From Candidatus Latescibacterota bacterium (GTDB lineage: Bacteria; Latescibacterota; UBA2968; GCA-2709665), in contig OZ242180.1 in NCBI GenBank assembly GCA_965205485.1, positions 1,984,001 to 2,048,000 on the forward strand: a stretch of DNA of 64,000 nucleotides, in the 5' to 3' direction. Shown here piece by piece: positions 10,248-19,933 of this stretch (positions are counted from its first letter, which is position 1; the number at the start of each line of letters is the position of its first letter). Both the position numbers and the translations under genes were made by a program. The notes beneath the pieces were generated by a model. The model had not been told where the DNA came from and searched no databases. It was given only the letters and a program-made list of their open reading frames with translations.

Positions 10248-10988
10248 ATGGGTCGTATGGACGGAAAGGTCGCGCTGGTGACCGGCGGCGGCACAGGAAT
10301 CGGCAGGGCGACCTCCCTGCTCCTCGCCTCTGAAGGGGCTGACGTGGCCGTCAACTACTCGCGTTCGAGAACCGAAGCCGAAACCACGGCCGCGGAAATC
10401 CGCGCGCTTGGCCGGAACGCCATCGCCATCTGCGCGGACGTGTCGGTCGAAAGCGTCGTCCGTGAAATGGTGGACCGCGTGGCTGAGGAACTGGGTCGAT
10501 TGGACGTCTTGGTCAACAATGCGGGTACCACTGTCTTTGTGCCGCTTGCCGACCTGGAGGCGCTTACCGAAGAGGCTTGGGACCCGGTCTTCGACGTCAA
10601 TGTCAAGGGCGCTTTCTACTGCGCGCGGGCAGCCATACCGAAGATGCCCGAGACGGGTGGACAGATCGTCAACGTGGCGTCGATCGCGGGTACGTGCGGG
10701 CAGGGAAGTTCCATTGCCTATTGCGCCTCCAAAGCGGCGCTGATATCCCTCACCAAATCCCTGGCCATCAGCCAGGCGCCCCGCATTCGGGTAAACGCCG
10801 TGGCCCCCGGCATCGTCAACACGCGCTGGGTGAAAGGCTGGGACGAATTCATCCGGGTGAATCGCGAGGCCACGCCCCTCCAGCGCGTCGCGGAGCCGGA
10901 AGACATCGCAAACGCGATTCTGGGCCTGGCCATCAACGAACTGGTCACCGGCCAGGTTCTGGTTGTGGACGGCGGCAAGACGATTTAG
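10248..10988 (+). CDS. Short-chain dehydrogenase/reductase
   Basis: TGGGTGIG, NNAG, YCASK, NAVAPG. Confidence 0.93.
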   Translation: MGRMDGKVALVTGGGTGIGRATSLLLASEGADVAVNYSRSRTEAETTAAEIRALGRNAIAICADVSVESVVREMVDRVAEELGRLDVLVNNAGTTVFVPLADLEALTEEAWDPVFDVNVKGAFYCARAAIPKMPETGGQIVNVASIAGTCGQGSSIAYCASKAALISLTKSLAISQAPRIRVNAVAPGIVNTRWVKGWDEFIRVNREATPLQRVAEPEDIANAILGLAINELVTGQVLVVDGGKTI

Positions 10989-11037
10989 CCCACACTCACA
11001 TAAGTTTTGCAGTCGCAAGAATCCAGTCTCGCCGCGT

Positions 11038-11170
11038 GGTCATTGAGCTCGTCGAAATGCCCGCGTCTCAATATCCGTAATGGGCCAATTGACAATCCTT
11101 CGCCGACCCTTCGACAAGCTCAGGGAGCGGCTCAAGGCTAACGCGCAGGTTCCTGAGCCTGCCGACAAGG
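11038..11170. repeat. Three REP-like copies (TTCGACAAGCTCA type) in alternating orientation
   Basis: ggtcattgagctcgtcgaaatg / cccttcgacaagctcaggg / ggttcctgagcctgccgacaagg. Confidence 0.65.
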
Positions 11171-11240
11171 AATGCAGGACAGGCGACTCGTCGGCTGAAT
11201 TCGGGAAACTTTGTTCCGGGACAGTACACTGATCACCGAA

Positions 11241-12197
11241 ATGAAATCCCAGACAGTTGCGGTCGTCGGCCTGGGCACGATGGGCCACGGCATCGCGCAG
11301 GCATTCGCGGCGGCAGGCCACCCGGTCCGCTGCTATGACGAATCCCCACCAGCCCGTGACTCTATTTCCGGCCGTATCGAGTCGAACCTGCGGCAACGCA
11401 TTCAGGCGGGGATGGATACACCCGATTCCGCCCGGGAAACGCTTGAACGCATCACGGTTTTCAGCAGCGAACGCGAAGCCGTGGAACCCGCCGGGTTTCT
11501 CACGGAAGCCGTTCGAGAGGACCTCGACGTCAAGCGGGAGCTCTTCGCCAGAGTGGAAACCTCTGTCTCGCGGGAGACGATTCTGGCCAGCAATACGTCG
11601 TCTTTTCCCATGACCGAAATCGCCCGGGACCTCTTGCATCCCGGGCGAGCCGTGGTGACCCACTGGTTCAATCCCCCTCACATCGTACCGCTTGTGGAAG
11701 TCGTACCCGGCCAACGTACGACCGAGCGGACCGCACAGACCGCGGTAGACGTCCTGAAGAAAATCGGCAAGGTGCCGGTCCGCCTCAAGAAGGAACTACC
11801 GGGTTTCCTGGTCAACCGGATCCAGGTCGCCATGCAGCGCGAGGTCTGGGACCTGCTTGACCGGGGCGTTGCCGAGCCGGAGGACATCGACCGGGCGGTC
11901 CGGGCAAGCGTCGGATTCCGGTTGGCCGCTACGGGACCTCTTTCGGTTCGGGACTTTGGGGGTCTCGACGTCTCTGCTCTGGTCTACGGGATTCTGGTTC
12001 CTGAAATCCGGTCGGACACCGAGCTCCCGGGAAGCATCCGGAAGCTGGTCGAAAACGGGCACTACGGTGTGAAGACCGGCCGCGGTTTCCACCAGTATAC
12101 GCCCGGATCCATCGATCAGGTACGAAACCGGCGGGACCGGCTCTTCCTGGCGCTGCTCAAACTGCTCTATGAGGATGAGGAAACCAGCGAACTATAG
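11241..12197 (+). CDS. 3-hydroxyacyl-CoA dehydrogenase family protein
   Basis: VGLGTMGHGIA, EAVRED, LASNTSS, HWFNPP--VPLVE, GFLVNR. Confidence 0.92.
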   Translation: MKSQTVAVVGLGTMGHGIAQAFAAAGHPVRCYDESPPARDSISGRIESNLRQRIQAGMDTPDSARETLERITVFSSEREAVEPAGFLTEAVREDLDVKRELFARVETSVSRETILASNTSSFPMTEIARDLLHPGRAVVTHWFNPPHIVPLVEVVPGQRTTERTAQTAVDVLKKIGKVPVRLKKELPGFLVNRIQVAMQREVWDLLDRGVAEPEDIDRAVRASVGFRLAATGPLSVRDFGGLDVSALVYGILVPEIRSDTELPGSIRKLVENGHYGVKTGRGFHQYTPGSIDQVRNRRDRLFLALLKLLYEDEETSEL

Positions 12198-12262
12198 GGT
12201 TCGGATAATCCCGCGTGCAGCATCAGTATCGTTCCGAAATCTGCAAGATCCCTTAAAGCGTC

Positions 12263-12420
12263 GCGTGGGGGGTTTTTCCGTGTTAATCCGTCATGCACGT
12301 AAACATAGTTACTCCTGAGGTGTTCGTAGGCCACCAAATCCATTTGTGTCCCGGTCCGATGGGCGCAGCAAGAAAAAGGGCAAGGGAATAGGGGACGTTT
12401 TGGGGGTGGGGAAGTTCTTG
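12263..12420 (+). repeat. Dispersed structured element, copy B (internally deleted)
   Basis: GCGTGGGGGGTTTTTCCGTG...AGGCCACC...CCATTTGTG joined to GGGCGCAGCAAGAAAAAGGGCAAGGGAATAGGGGACGTT, identical to the end of copy A. Confidence 0.8.
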
Positions 12421-13523
12421 ATCCGGGCCTGCGACCGCCAGCCGACCGATCCATGTCCGGTCCGATCCGGATCGAATGGGCCTTCACCAGACACATCACG
12501 GTGTCCCGCCTTGAGGCCCAACTCTTCCAGCGCCTCCAGGGTCACCTCCACGGCCAGCCGTTTTCCCACGTCCACGTAGACCAGTTGCTTTCCGTCCACG
12601 TCCTGCATGTCAAGGATCCGACCCCGCATCGCATTGCGGATGCTCAGCCCCTCGGGCTGCTTTCTGCTCAGGATAATGTCGTTTGCCCGGATGCCGATGA
12701 AAATCCGGCTTCCCACCGGCCTGTCGCAGGGGGGTACCCGAAGTTCCTGATCTCCAAAACGTACGCGGCAGCCCTTTCGGATCCCGTCCTGTCCCACCAC
12801 CTCCACCGGCAGGACGTTTTCGAACCCGTGCGCCTCGGCCAGCGGCAGCACGTCGGGGAGATGGGCAACGTGAAAGAAGTCGCCGTGGGCAAGCACGCGC
12901 CCGGCCTTCAGTACGATCACCTGGCCCGTCAGCTCCAGGATCTCCGCGACCGAGTGGCTCACGTAGAGGATCGGTATGCCCAGGTCCGACCTGATGTGCC
13001 GCAGGTAGGGGATGATGCGATCTTTCAGCTCCTGATCCAGCGAAGCCAGGGGCTCGTCCATCAGGAGCAGATCCGGCGATGTCAGAATCGCCCGTGCAAG
13101 GGCCACCCGCTGCCGCTCGCCGCCGGACAGACGCGAGGGACGTCTGTTCAGGAGCCCCGTCAATCCCATCAGGTCCGCAATCGGCTCGACCTCGAACCGG
13201 CGCGACTCCGGAGACACGAGATCGTACCCGTAACGCAGGTTTTCCAATACCGACAGATGGGGAAACAACAGGTCTTCCTGAAATACGTACCCCACCCTGC
13301 GCTGTTCGGGCGGCAGATCGACACCGGTTTCGGACGAATAGAGCACGCGGCTCCCCAATCGGATCTCACCGGCGTCCGGCCGCAGCAGCCCCGCCACGAG
13401 GTTCAGCAGCGTCGTTTTCCCTGCTCCGGAAGGACCGAAAATTGCCGTCACGGGGTAGGGACAATCCACCGCCACGTCGAGGGTGAAATCGGTAAGCGCC
13501 CGCTTCGCGCGGATGGAGAGCAC
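12309..13523 (-). CDS. modC: Molybdate ABC transporter ATP-binding protein (C-terminal frameshift ~12505)
   Basis: GPSGAGKT, FQEDLLFPHL, LSGGERQRVA, MDEP, TOBE domain; the expected end (TVMCLVKAHSI) lies in another frame. Confidence 0.9.
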   Translation of the reverse strand: MLSIRAKRALTDFTLDVAVDCPYPVTAIFGPSGAGKTTLLNLVAGLLRPDAGEIRLGSRVLYSSETGVDLPPEQRRVGYVFQEDLLFPHLSVLENLRYGYDLVSPESRRFEVEPIADLMGLTGLLNRRPSRLSGGERQRVALARAILTSPDLLLMDEPLASLDQELKDRIIPYLRHIRSDLGIPILYVSHSVAEILELTGQVIVLKAGRVLAHGDFFHVAHLPDVLPLAEAHGFENVLPVEVVGQDGIRKGCRVRFGDQELRVPPCDRPVGSRIFIGIRANDIILSRKQPEGLSIRNAMRGRILDMQDVDGKQLVYVDVGKRLAVEVTLEALEELGLKAGHRDVSGEGPFDPDRTGHGSVGWRSQARIKNFPTPKTSPIPLPFFLLRPSDRDTNGFGGLRTPQE

Positions 13524-13524
13524 G

Positions 13525-14202
13525 TCAGTTTCTCCTCATTTTTCGGGCCACCGCCTCGCTGGCCACCAGCGCCGCGAATGACACGATCACGGACAGAATT
13601 GCCAGGCGCGCCACCGCGGCGTCCCCGCCCGGCCGGTTGATGTACGTGTAAATGGCGAGTGGCAGCGTCCGTGTCTCCCCGGCGATATTCGACACAAAGG
13701 TGATCGTCGCGCCGAACTCACCCAGGCTTCTTGCGAACGCCAGCAGCGCGCCGACCAGCAATCCGGGCGCGGCCAGCCGCATCGTTACCGTGCAAAAGAC
13801 CCGGAAAGGGCCCGCGCCCAATGTACGGGCAGCCTGCTCCAGACGGGGATCCACATGCTCTATGGCCAGACGAACGGCGCGCAGGGCCAGGGGGAACCCC
13901 ACAACGGCCGACGCCAGCGCGGCGCCCTTCCACGAAAAGGCAACCTGGATGCCCAGGGCTTCTTCGAAAAAGCCGCCCAGGATGCCGCGACGGCTGAACA
14001 GCAACAGCAGCACGTAGCCGGTCACGACGGGCGGCAGTACCAGGGGCAGGTGGCACAGCCCGTCCAGCAGCACTTTGCCCCGGAATTCGCGCCGGGCGAG
14101 CAACCATCCCAGGACCACCGCCGCCGGCAGGCTCAATGCGACGCAAACCAGCCCCACGCGAAGCGACAGGGCCAGAACCGCCCACTCTTCGGAGGTTAAC
14201 AA
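13525..14202 (-). CDS. modB: Molybdate ABC transporter permease
   Basis: LPLVLPPVVTGY, EQAARTLGA, AFARSLGEFGAT, TRTLPLAIY; probable TTG start at 14202. Confidence 0.93.
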   Translation of the reverse strand: MLTSEEWAVLALSLRVGLVCVALSLPAAVVLGWLLARREFRGKVLLDGLCHLPLVLPPVVTGYVLLLLFSRRGILGGFFEEALGIQVAFSWKGAALASAVVGFPLALRAVRLAIEHVDPRLEQAARTLGAGPFRVFCTVTMRLAAPGLLVGALLAFARSLGEFGATITFVSNIAGETRTLPLAIYTYINRPGGDAAVARLAILSVIVSFAALVASEAVARKMRRN

Positions 14203-14520
14203 ATCATCCTGCTCCAGTTGGAACCGGCTCCGCAAGGAAGAACCGGTCGAGTGTACCGTTATCTGTCTCCACACCGTATTGTGCAGACGTGATTATATAA
14301 CACGGTTCGCGACGCCGATCAAGCCGGATCTTTTCGAATTATTTCCTGAAAAACTGCTTACACCCTCAGATTTTACACATAAAGAAACGCCCCTGCCGCG
14401 GACAGGAGCGTCGGCCGGAGAATACTATTCTCCGGGGGGCAATAATCTTAGCACGATACAATCTGTCAACCTGACCCCGAGGTGTCAAGCGCTAATCCCA
14501 ATTGCAACATGCAATGAGAT

Positions 14521-14550
14521 GGGCAGACAGGAATGTCTGCCCCACCTTCA
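14521..14550 (-). repeat. REP-like palindrome (GTGGGGC.GACATTCCTG.CTGCCC type)
   Basis: Near-identical copy in opposite orientation at 18519-18548. Confidence 0.7.
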
Positions 14551-14600
14551 AAGGCACTTCCTCGACGCCTCCACTTATCCTCCACGTTCCCCCTCGCCGT

Positions 14601-14626
14601 GTAGGGGCGTCCCTTGTGGGCGCCCT
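14601..14626 (+). repeat. GTAG-type REP palindrome
   Basis: GTAGGGGCGTCCCTTGTGGGCGCCC; relative with paired stem changes at 35148-35172 (minus). Confidence 0.7.
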
Positions 14627-14677
14627 GCCTTCCGCGGCGGTCGACGGTCTATTTTTTCGTGGTTGATGAAAAAAAAC

Positions 14678-14737
14678 TTGCATTTCCGGACGCGATTGGT
14701 TAGTATATTACTGTATCGGTTCACCGATACAGTAATA
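14678..14737 (+). promoter_or_regulatory. Sigma70 promoter (TTGCAT-17-TAGTAT) with adjoining perfect 15-bp inverted repeat, probable YtrA operator
   Basis: TATTACTGTATCGGT-tc-ACCGATACAGTAATA at 14706-14737, upstream of the GntR gene. Confidence 0.75.
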
Positions 14738-14861
14738 CTGTTGACGAACCAGGTTGCGATGCGGCGCGAGAACTGAAATCCGGCGGGTTACCTGTGCAGA
14801 TGCCGTTCACGTAGACTTCATTGCGTTTTGCTGAGCCAAGGAAAGGACCAGGAGCGTCTTC

Positions 14862-15260
14862 ATGCTGCCCTTGCGCATCGATTCCGCCAATGGGGTTCCC
14901 ATCTACCTGCAGATGATGGAGCAGATCCGGTACCAGATGGCCCGGGGGGTGCTGAAGCCGCACGAAGAACTGCCCTCGGTGAGGGAACTCGCCGGCCAGT
15001 ACCTGATCAACCCGAACACGGTGGCGCGCGCCTATCGGGAGCTGGAGCGTGAGGGCTTCATCTACAAGAAGCGGGGGATGGGCACGTACGTCGCCGAGCG
15101 GGACGTAACCATGTCCCACGAAGAAAAGCTCGAGATTGTCAGAGAATTGCTCGACAAGGTGCTCGTTCAGGGCGTGGAACTGGAACTGAGCCCGGACGAA
15201 ATGGCGCAGGTGATCCGGGAACGCCTCGACCGGTTTCGGCAGCAGGAGGGAGACGATTGA
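14862..15260 (+). CDS. GntR family regulator, YtrA subfamily
   Basis: PIYLQ, LPSVRELA, INPNTVARAYRELEREG, short C-terminal helices; precedes ABC genes. Confidence 0.93.
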   Translation: MLPLRIDSANGVPIYLQMMEQIRYQMARGVLKPHEELPSVRELAGQYLINPNTVARAYRELEREGFIYKKRGMGTYVAERDVTMSHEEKLEIVRELLDKVLVQGVELELSPDEMAQVIRERLDRFRQQEGDD

Positions 15261-15279
15261 CCGGGAGGAAGGAGTCATT

Positions 15280-16179
15280 ATGAACGGCACTGCGATCGCG
15301 ACAGAGGGCCTGACCCATCGCTTCGGCAAACTCACGGCCGTGGACGATCTGCACATGGAGGTGCCCGCGGGTACCGTGTGCGGTTTCCTCGGTCGCAACG
15401 GCGCCGGCAAGACCACGACGATCCAGATTCTCATGAACCTGCTGCGGCCCACAGCCGGGACGGCCGAGGTCCTGGGGCTGGATCCGGCCGCGGACTCCCT
15501 GGACCTCAGGCGGCAGGTCGGATACGTGGCCGAGAATCGTGTGATGTACGGCTGGATGAAGGTGCGTGAAATCGTGTGGTTCACCGGCCAGTTCTACGAG
15601 ACATGGAATCAGCCCCGGGTGGACGGGCTTATCAGCCGCTTCGGTCTGGACCCGGAGCAGAAGGTGAAGCATCTGTCCCGGGGGATGAACGCCCAACTGG
15701 CCCTCGCTCTGGCCCTGGGCCACGAGCCCCGGCTGCTGATTCTGGACGAGCCGGCCTCGGGGCTGGACGTGGTGGTGCGCCGCGATTTCCTGGAGAGCAT
15801 TGTCGGTCTCATCCAGGAGGAGGGACGCACGGTCTTCCTGTCCTCTCATCTCGTCCACGAGGTGGAGCGCGTGGCCGACCGCGTGGCCATTATAGACAAC
15901 GGCCGCCTGGTGGCGGAAGGCGCCGTGGACGACGTGAAGGGCTCTGTCAAGCGCGTGGTTGTGCGCGTGCCGGAAGGCGCGGATGATCTGTCGGATATCG
16001 AGGGCCTGCGCCAGGTGCAGGGAGAGGGTCCCCGGCGACTGCTGACAGTGGTGGGGTACGGCGAGGCGCAGGCCGCGCGCATCCAGGCGCAGGGCGGGCA
16101 AATCGAGGACGTCATGTACGTGGGCCTGGAGGAGGCATTCGTCGCCCACGTCCGGCCTGAAACAGGAGGACAGCCATGA
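15280..16179 (+). CDS. ABC transporter ATP-binding protein (YtrB-like)
   Basis: GRNGAGKTT, LSRGM, LDEP, SSH. Confidence 0.93.
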   Translation: MNGTAIATEGLTHRFGKLTAVDDLHMEVPAGTVCGFLGRNGAGKTTTIQILMNLLRPTAGTAEVLGLDPAADSLDLRRQVGYVAENRVMYGWMKVREIVWFTGQFYETWNQPRVDGLISRFGLDPEQKVKHLSRGMNAQLALALALGHEPRLLILDEPASGLDVVVRRDFLESIVGLIQEEGRTVFLSSHLVHEVERVADRVAIIDNGRLVAEGAVDDVKGSVKRVVVRVPEGADDLSDIEGLRQVQGEGPRRLLTVVGYGEAQAARIQAQGGQIEDVMYVGLEEAFVAHVRPETGGQP

Positions 16180-18269
16180 ACCCGACTCTGGCTCTTTTCT
16201 GGAAAGAAGGACGCGAGGCCGCCTATAAAGTCGCCGCATGTGCGGGGTTGGCGTTGATTGTCGGGCTGTTATGTAATCTGTGGGAGTATCCCCAACGCAG
16301 CATTCTCGACGCAGACGTCGGTACTGTCGGTCACTTCGTTGGGCTCATTGGAGCGGTGCTGATGGGGATGGATGCAATCGCGCGGGAGCGCAGCCGGACG
16401 ACGCTGCCGTTTCTGTTGTGTCGGCCCCTTGAAACCGGGAAGATGCTGCCCGTAAAATTCGTGATGGGTGCAGCAGGACTGCTGGCAATCCTGGCCGCGT
16501 ACTGGGGCGGTGTTTTTGTCGGTATGTCACTGGATGGAAGCTCGATCTTTGGTGAAGGCGGGTCCCACACCACTGTTTTTTCCATAACGTCGTCTATCCC
16601 GGCGGAGGAGACTCTGGCCGACGTCGGTTACGTCCGGGTACTGATGTTGTGGTTCCTGGTCTTTCTGATTCCGTACAGCGCTGCCGTACTGGTGTCGACG
16701 CTTACCGATCATCCCTTCAAGGCCGCTGTTATGTGCCTGATGGCCGCATGGGTGGCGACCGTATTCATTGGGATCGCGTGGAACTGGGGGCCGCCAATCG
16801 TGGCATTCTACTTCAGGCTCCTGTTCTCCATTGGCGTGCACGGCCACGCCGGAATCCTTCGAAAGGCGTTCGACGTACCTCTCTTATTGACCAGGGGAGC
16901 CGTAGCCGTCCTGGTCGCCGGAGCCATTCTGGTGTTGTCGTGTCGAGTGTTCAAACAGCAGGTCGGAAAGCGCTTTCAATGGACCGTAGGGGGCCTCGCG
17001 GCGATCTGTGCGATTGCAGTCGTTGGGATGGATGTCTACTGGTCCCGCCATGGACGCATGCTTGAACCGCCGGTGCACCCGATTGGCAGCCTTTCATACG
17101 AGATGAACGTGTCGGATCTGGCGTTAAAGGATGGAATGGCAGTCGTCCTTCTTGAGCGGGGCTTGAGCGTAGTGGACGTATCGGACCCGCAGTCGCCCGC
17201 TGAGATTGGCCGGGTGGAGAAGCCTGGATGGCGATTCCAAAGGTTAGCCCTGGCTGCGACCCGCGCCTATGTATGGGGCGAGTATCGGGACAGTGTGGGT
17301 GTAGCCGTGTTCAATCTCAGCCGGCCCGACCGCCCCCTCGTGCAGGCCGTGGACCTGTTGCACCCGGTTGAAGAGGGACCAACCCCGTGGTTGGAGCGAA
17401 TTCCCAGGCTCGTGGGGTGGGGCGTCTGGAATAACCATTTGTACGTCGGTTTACTCAGTAGCAACTTTCTGAAGTTACACGGTTTCGACGTACAGGAAAA
17501 TGGTCCGCCCCCATACATTCATGCGTTTCCAATCGTAGAAACACACAAACATGTCTGGAACAACGAGTGGGCAATGCGGGTTGTGGGACCTCGCCTGTTT
17601 CTGACTATCGGACACGATTTAGTAGTCCTTGATCTGGACGATCCAGGTGGTCCCAAGGTACTAAGCCGGACGCCGCTGCGTCGTTTTGGACGCTCCGTCG
17701 ACTATGAGAAATTGGTAGTTGAGGTCCTCGAAGGACTGGCTTCCGGCTCGACTATGGAACGCATAGAGAAGAAACTTGAGGAAACAAGACGGAGAATCGG
17801 GCCGGCGTATTGGCGCTTCTTCGAGTCCCGCGGGTTGCAATCCTCGCTGATTGCGGCGCCGCCCGGATTGGGACCCTTAACCGTCACCAAAGACAGAGTT
17901 TACATCGAACGACATCTCCCCCGCGAAATCGCGATCGTGGACATCAGCGATCCACGAAATCCGGTGGAGGTCGATTACCTCCCATGGACCCGACTGCCCA
18001 CGATGATGACAATCGACGGGGAATCCGCCTACGCCCTTCGCGGGAACGCAGTCCAGATGTACGCCAGGACAATTTACGGCGCGTATAAGCGAAAAGAGAG
18101 ACTCGGGTTGGATGATCGGTTGACGCGTCGGCTTGGTGCCGGCGTCTGGGGCTCTAACGCACAACAGACCGCACGTGGTCGGGATATGTTTATTCCGCAG
18201 GGCGATCATATCTACGCACTTCTGAAAAACCACCTGGCCATATTCGAGAATCCGAGGAAGACGGAATAA
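16176..18269 (+). CDS. ABC-2-type permease fused to a C-terminal LVIVD-repeat beta-propeller
   Basis: N-terminal TM helices with IARERSR-TLPFLL-RP; repeats LSVVDVSDP, LVVLDLDDP, IAIVDISDP. Confidence 0.8.
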   Translation: MNPTLALFWKEGREAAYKVAACAGLALIVGLLCNLWEYPQRSILDADVGTVGHFVGLIGAVLMGMDAIARERSRTTLPFLLCRPLETGKMLPVKFVMGAAGLLAILAAYWGGVFVGMSLDGSSIFGEGGSHTTVFSITSSIPAEETLADVGYVRVLMLWFLVFLIPYSAAVLVSTLTDHPFKAAVMCLMAAWVATVFIGIAWNWGPPIVAFYFRLLFSIGVHGHAGILRKAFDVPLLLTRGAVAVLVAGAILVLSCRVFKQQVGKRFQWTVGGLAAICAIAVVGMDVYWSRHGRMLEPPVHPIGSLSYEMNVSDLALKDGMAVVLLERGLSVVDVSDPQSPAEIGRVEKPGWRFQRLALAATRAYVWGEYRDSVGVAVFNLSRPDRPLVQAVDLLHPVEEGPTPWLERIPRLVGWGVWNNHLYVGLLSSNFLKLHGFDVQENGPPPYIHAFPIVETHKHVWNNEWAMRVVGPRLFLTIGHDLVVLDLDDPGGPKVLSRTPLRRFGRSVDYEKLVVEVLEGLASGSTMERIEKKLEETRRRIGPAYWRFFESRGLQSSLIAAPPGLGPLTVTKDRVYIERHLPREIAIVDISDPRNPVEVDYLPWTRLPTMMTIDGESAYALRGNAVQMYARTIYGAYKRKERLGLDDRLTRRLGAGVWGSNAQQTARGRDMFIPQGDHIYALLKNHLAIFENPRKTE

Positions 18270-18518
18270 CTCACGGGCATTCAGACCATCACCGCCGCGA
18301 CCTGTCTGGCTTAAGAGTTAGCGCAACGGTTCGCCGGAATCTGGAGAGACCACGACCGCCATTGACGGCAGGCCGATGGATCACGCGGAACAGAAAGAAA
18401 CGTCGAACCGCGAGAGACGGAATAACGGCTCTACGGGATTCAGGATATACACGCCGGGCGACGTCAGCGAAGAGAACTGCAGGACCGAATCCCAACATAA
18501 GCAGTGAGGAAGCCGGAG

Positions 18519-18548
18519 TGAAGGTGGGGCGGACATTCCTGCCTGCCC
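18519..18548 (+). repeat. REP-like palindrome, second copy
   Basis: tgaaggtggggcggacattcctgcctgccc matches the reverse complement of 14521-14550. Confidence 0.7.
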
Positions 18549-18603
18549 GCATCGCCGGCCCTATCGCGTAAATGTCGCACTCACAGGCATTTAAGCCAGG
18601 AGA

Positions 18604-19725
18604 ATGGAGATGATTCCCAGATTCCTTAAGACACTGCTTGTCGTCACGAGCATCTGCGCTTGCGGAAGCGAATCGGTGATGATGCCGGACCTTGAACGGG
18701 GTCTCCACGAGGTTGGAAATCTGACTCGACCCCGGAATCTGCATGTCGCGACATTATTGCAGAATGGCAAGGTCCTGATTGCCGGCGGCAACGCGGCGCT
18801 ACCTCCTGCAGGAGAAGGTGTTGTGGAGCAGGATCTTCTTGTCAGCGCGGAGATTTTCGATCCTGAAACCGGGACCTCAACGCCAACGGGAGACATGAAC
18901 GCCAGTCGCAGCGAGGACCACGGAATACTGCTTCCCGACGGTCGGGTCCTGATTATATCCGGTTTTCTTAGACTCCCCATTGAGAAGTACGATCCTCATT
19001 CCGGCAGATTCGACGCCGTTGCAGACGCACCCTTTTCGGTCGGGACCCGGACTGCCACCGTGTTGCCCAACGGAGAGATCCTTTTAATCAGCGGGCACCC
19101 CGGGGGTGGACGATGGCGTGTTTTCGATCCCGCTAAAGGCACACTTTCCGACACATTCGCGATGGACCATCCCGGACGTGGCCATACGGCGACTTTGCTC
19201 AAGGACGGCCGCGTGCTGATCGTTGGAGGAGCCCACAGGGGAGTCGAGTTGACCGGACGGAATCTGATCTACGATTCCTCGTCGAATGGTTTTACGGAAG
19301 CCGGTCATCTGCAAGTCGACCGCTCGGGCCATACTGCCGTGCTTCTTGCGGACGGCAGGGTACTGATCGTTGGCGGTTTCGCCGGAAACGGGCGTCGCGC
19401 ACAGACGGCCGAGATCTACGACCCCGAGACGAACACCTTCTCGCCCGCCGGAACTTCCGCAATGGCTCCCATAGCCGCCCTTCTGCTGCCGTCCGGCAGG
19501 GTGTTTTTCATTCACTCTGAAAACGGCAATATCGCACTGTATAATCCGGACACTCAGGTATTTTCACCTACAGGACACAGCATAGGACAGTGGCGATCCG
19601 GGGCGACCGTGACGCTCCTCGATGACGGCCGCGTCGTTATCGCCGGCGGAGTGAAATGGAGTGATGGCGGTCATTCTGCCGTTCCTGAGTCGATTACGGA
19701 TCAGATTTCGATTTTCACACCTTAA
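18604..19725 (+). CDS. Kelch-repeat (galactose oxidase-like) protein, putative lipoprotein
   Basis: Repeated HTATLLxDGRVLIxGG...AEIYDP; N-terminal hydrophobic stretch ending ICACG. Confidence 0.85.
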   Translation: MEMIPRFLKTLLVVTSICACGSESVMMPDLERGLHEVGNLTRPRNLHVATLLQNGKVLIAGGNAALPPAGEGVVEQDLLVSAEIFDPETGTSTPTGDMNASRSEDHGILLPDGRVLIISGFLRLPIEKYDPHSGRFDAVADAPFSVGTRTATVLPNGEILLISGHPGGGRWRVFDPAKGTLSDTFAMDHPGRGHTATLLKDGRVLIVGGAHRGVELTGRNLIYDSSSNGFTEAGHLQVDRSGHTAVLLADGRVLIVGGFAGNGRRAQTAEIYDPETNTFSPAGTSAMAPIAALLLPSGRVFFIHSENGNIALYNPDTQVFSPTGHSIGQWRSGATVTLLDDGRVVIAGGVKWSDGGHSAVPESITDQISIFTP

Positions 19726-19880
19726 CCTGCATCATTCAAAAAACTGGCAACAGGTGTTCCGTAACCCATCGACGTGCTGACCTCGCCTTCACGTTTGCAT
19801 CGAAACGACCAAGGGCAAGGGAGACGATTGTGCTTTTAACTGCGGGATTCAGGGCAATCTGTATTGTCGATTGCCAATTG

Positions 19881-19909
19881 TTGACGAATTCAGGCTGTTT
19901 GATTATTAT
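19881..19909 (+). promoter_or_regulatory. Sigma70-like promoter
   Basis: TTGACG-17 bp-TATTAT just upstream of the ATG at 19934. Confidence 0.6.
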
Positions 19910-19933
19910 TTCGGAAAAGAGGGGGTTTGACGT

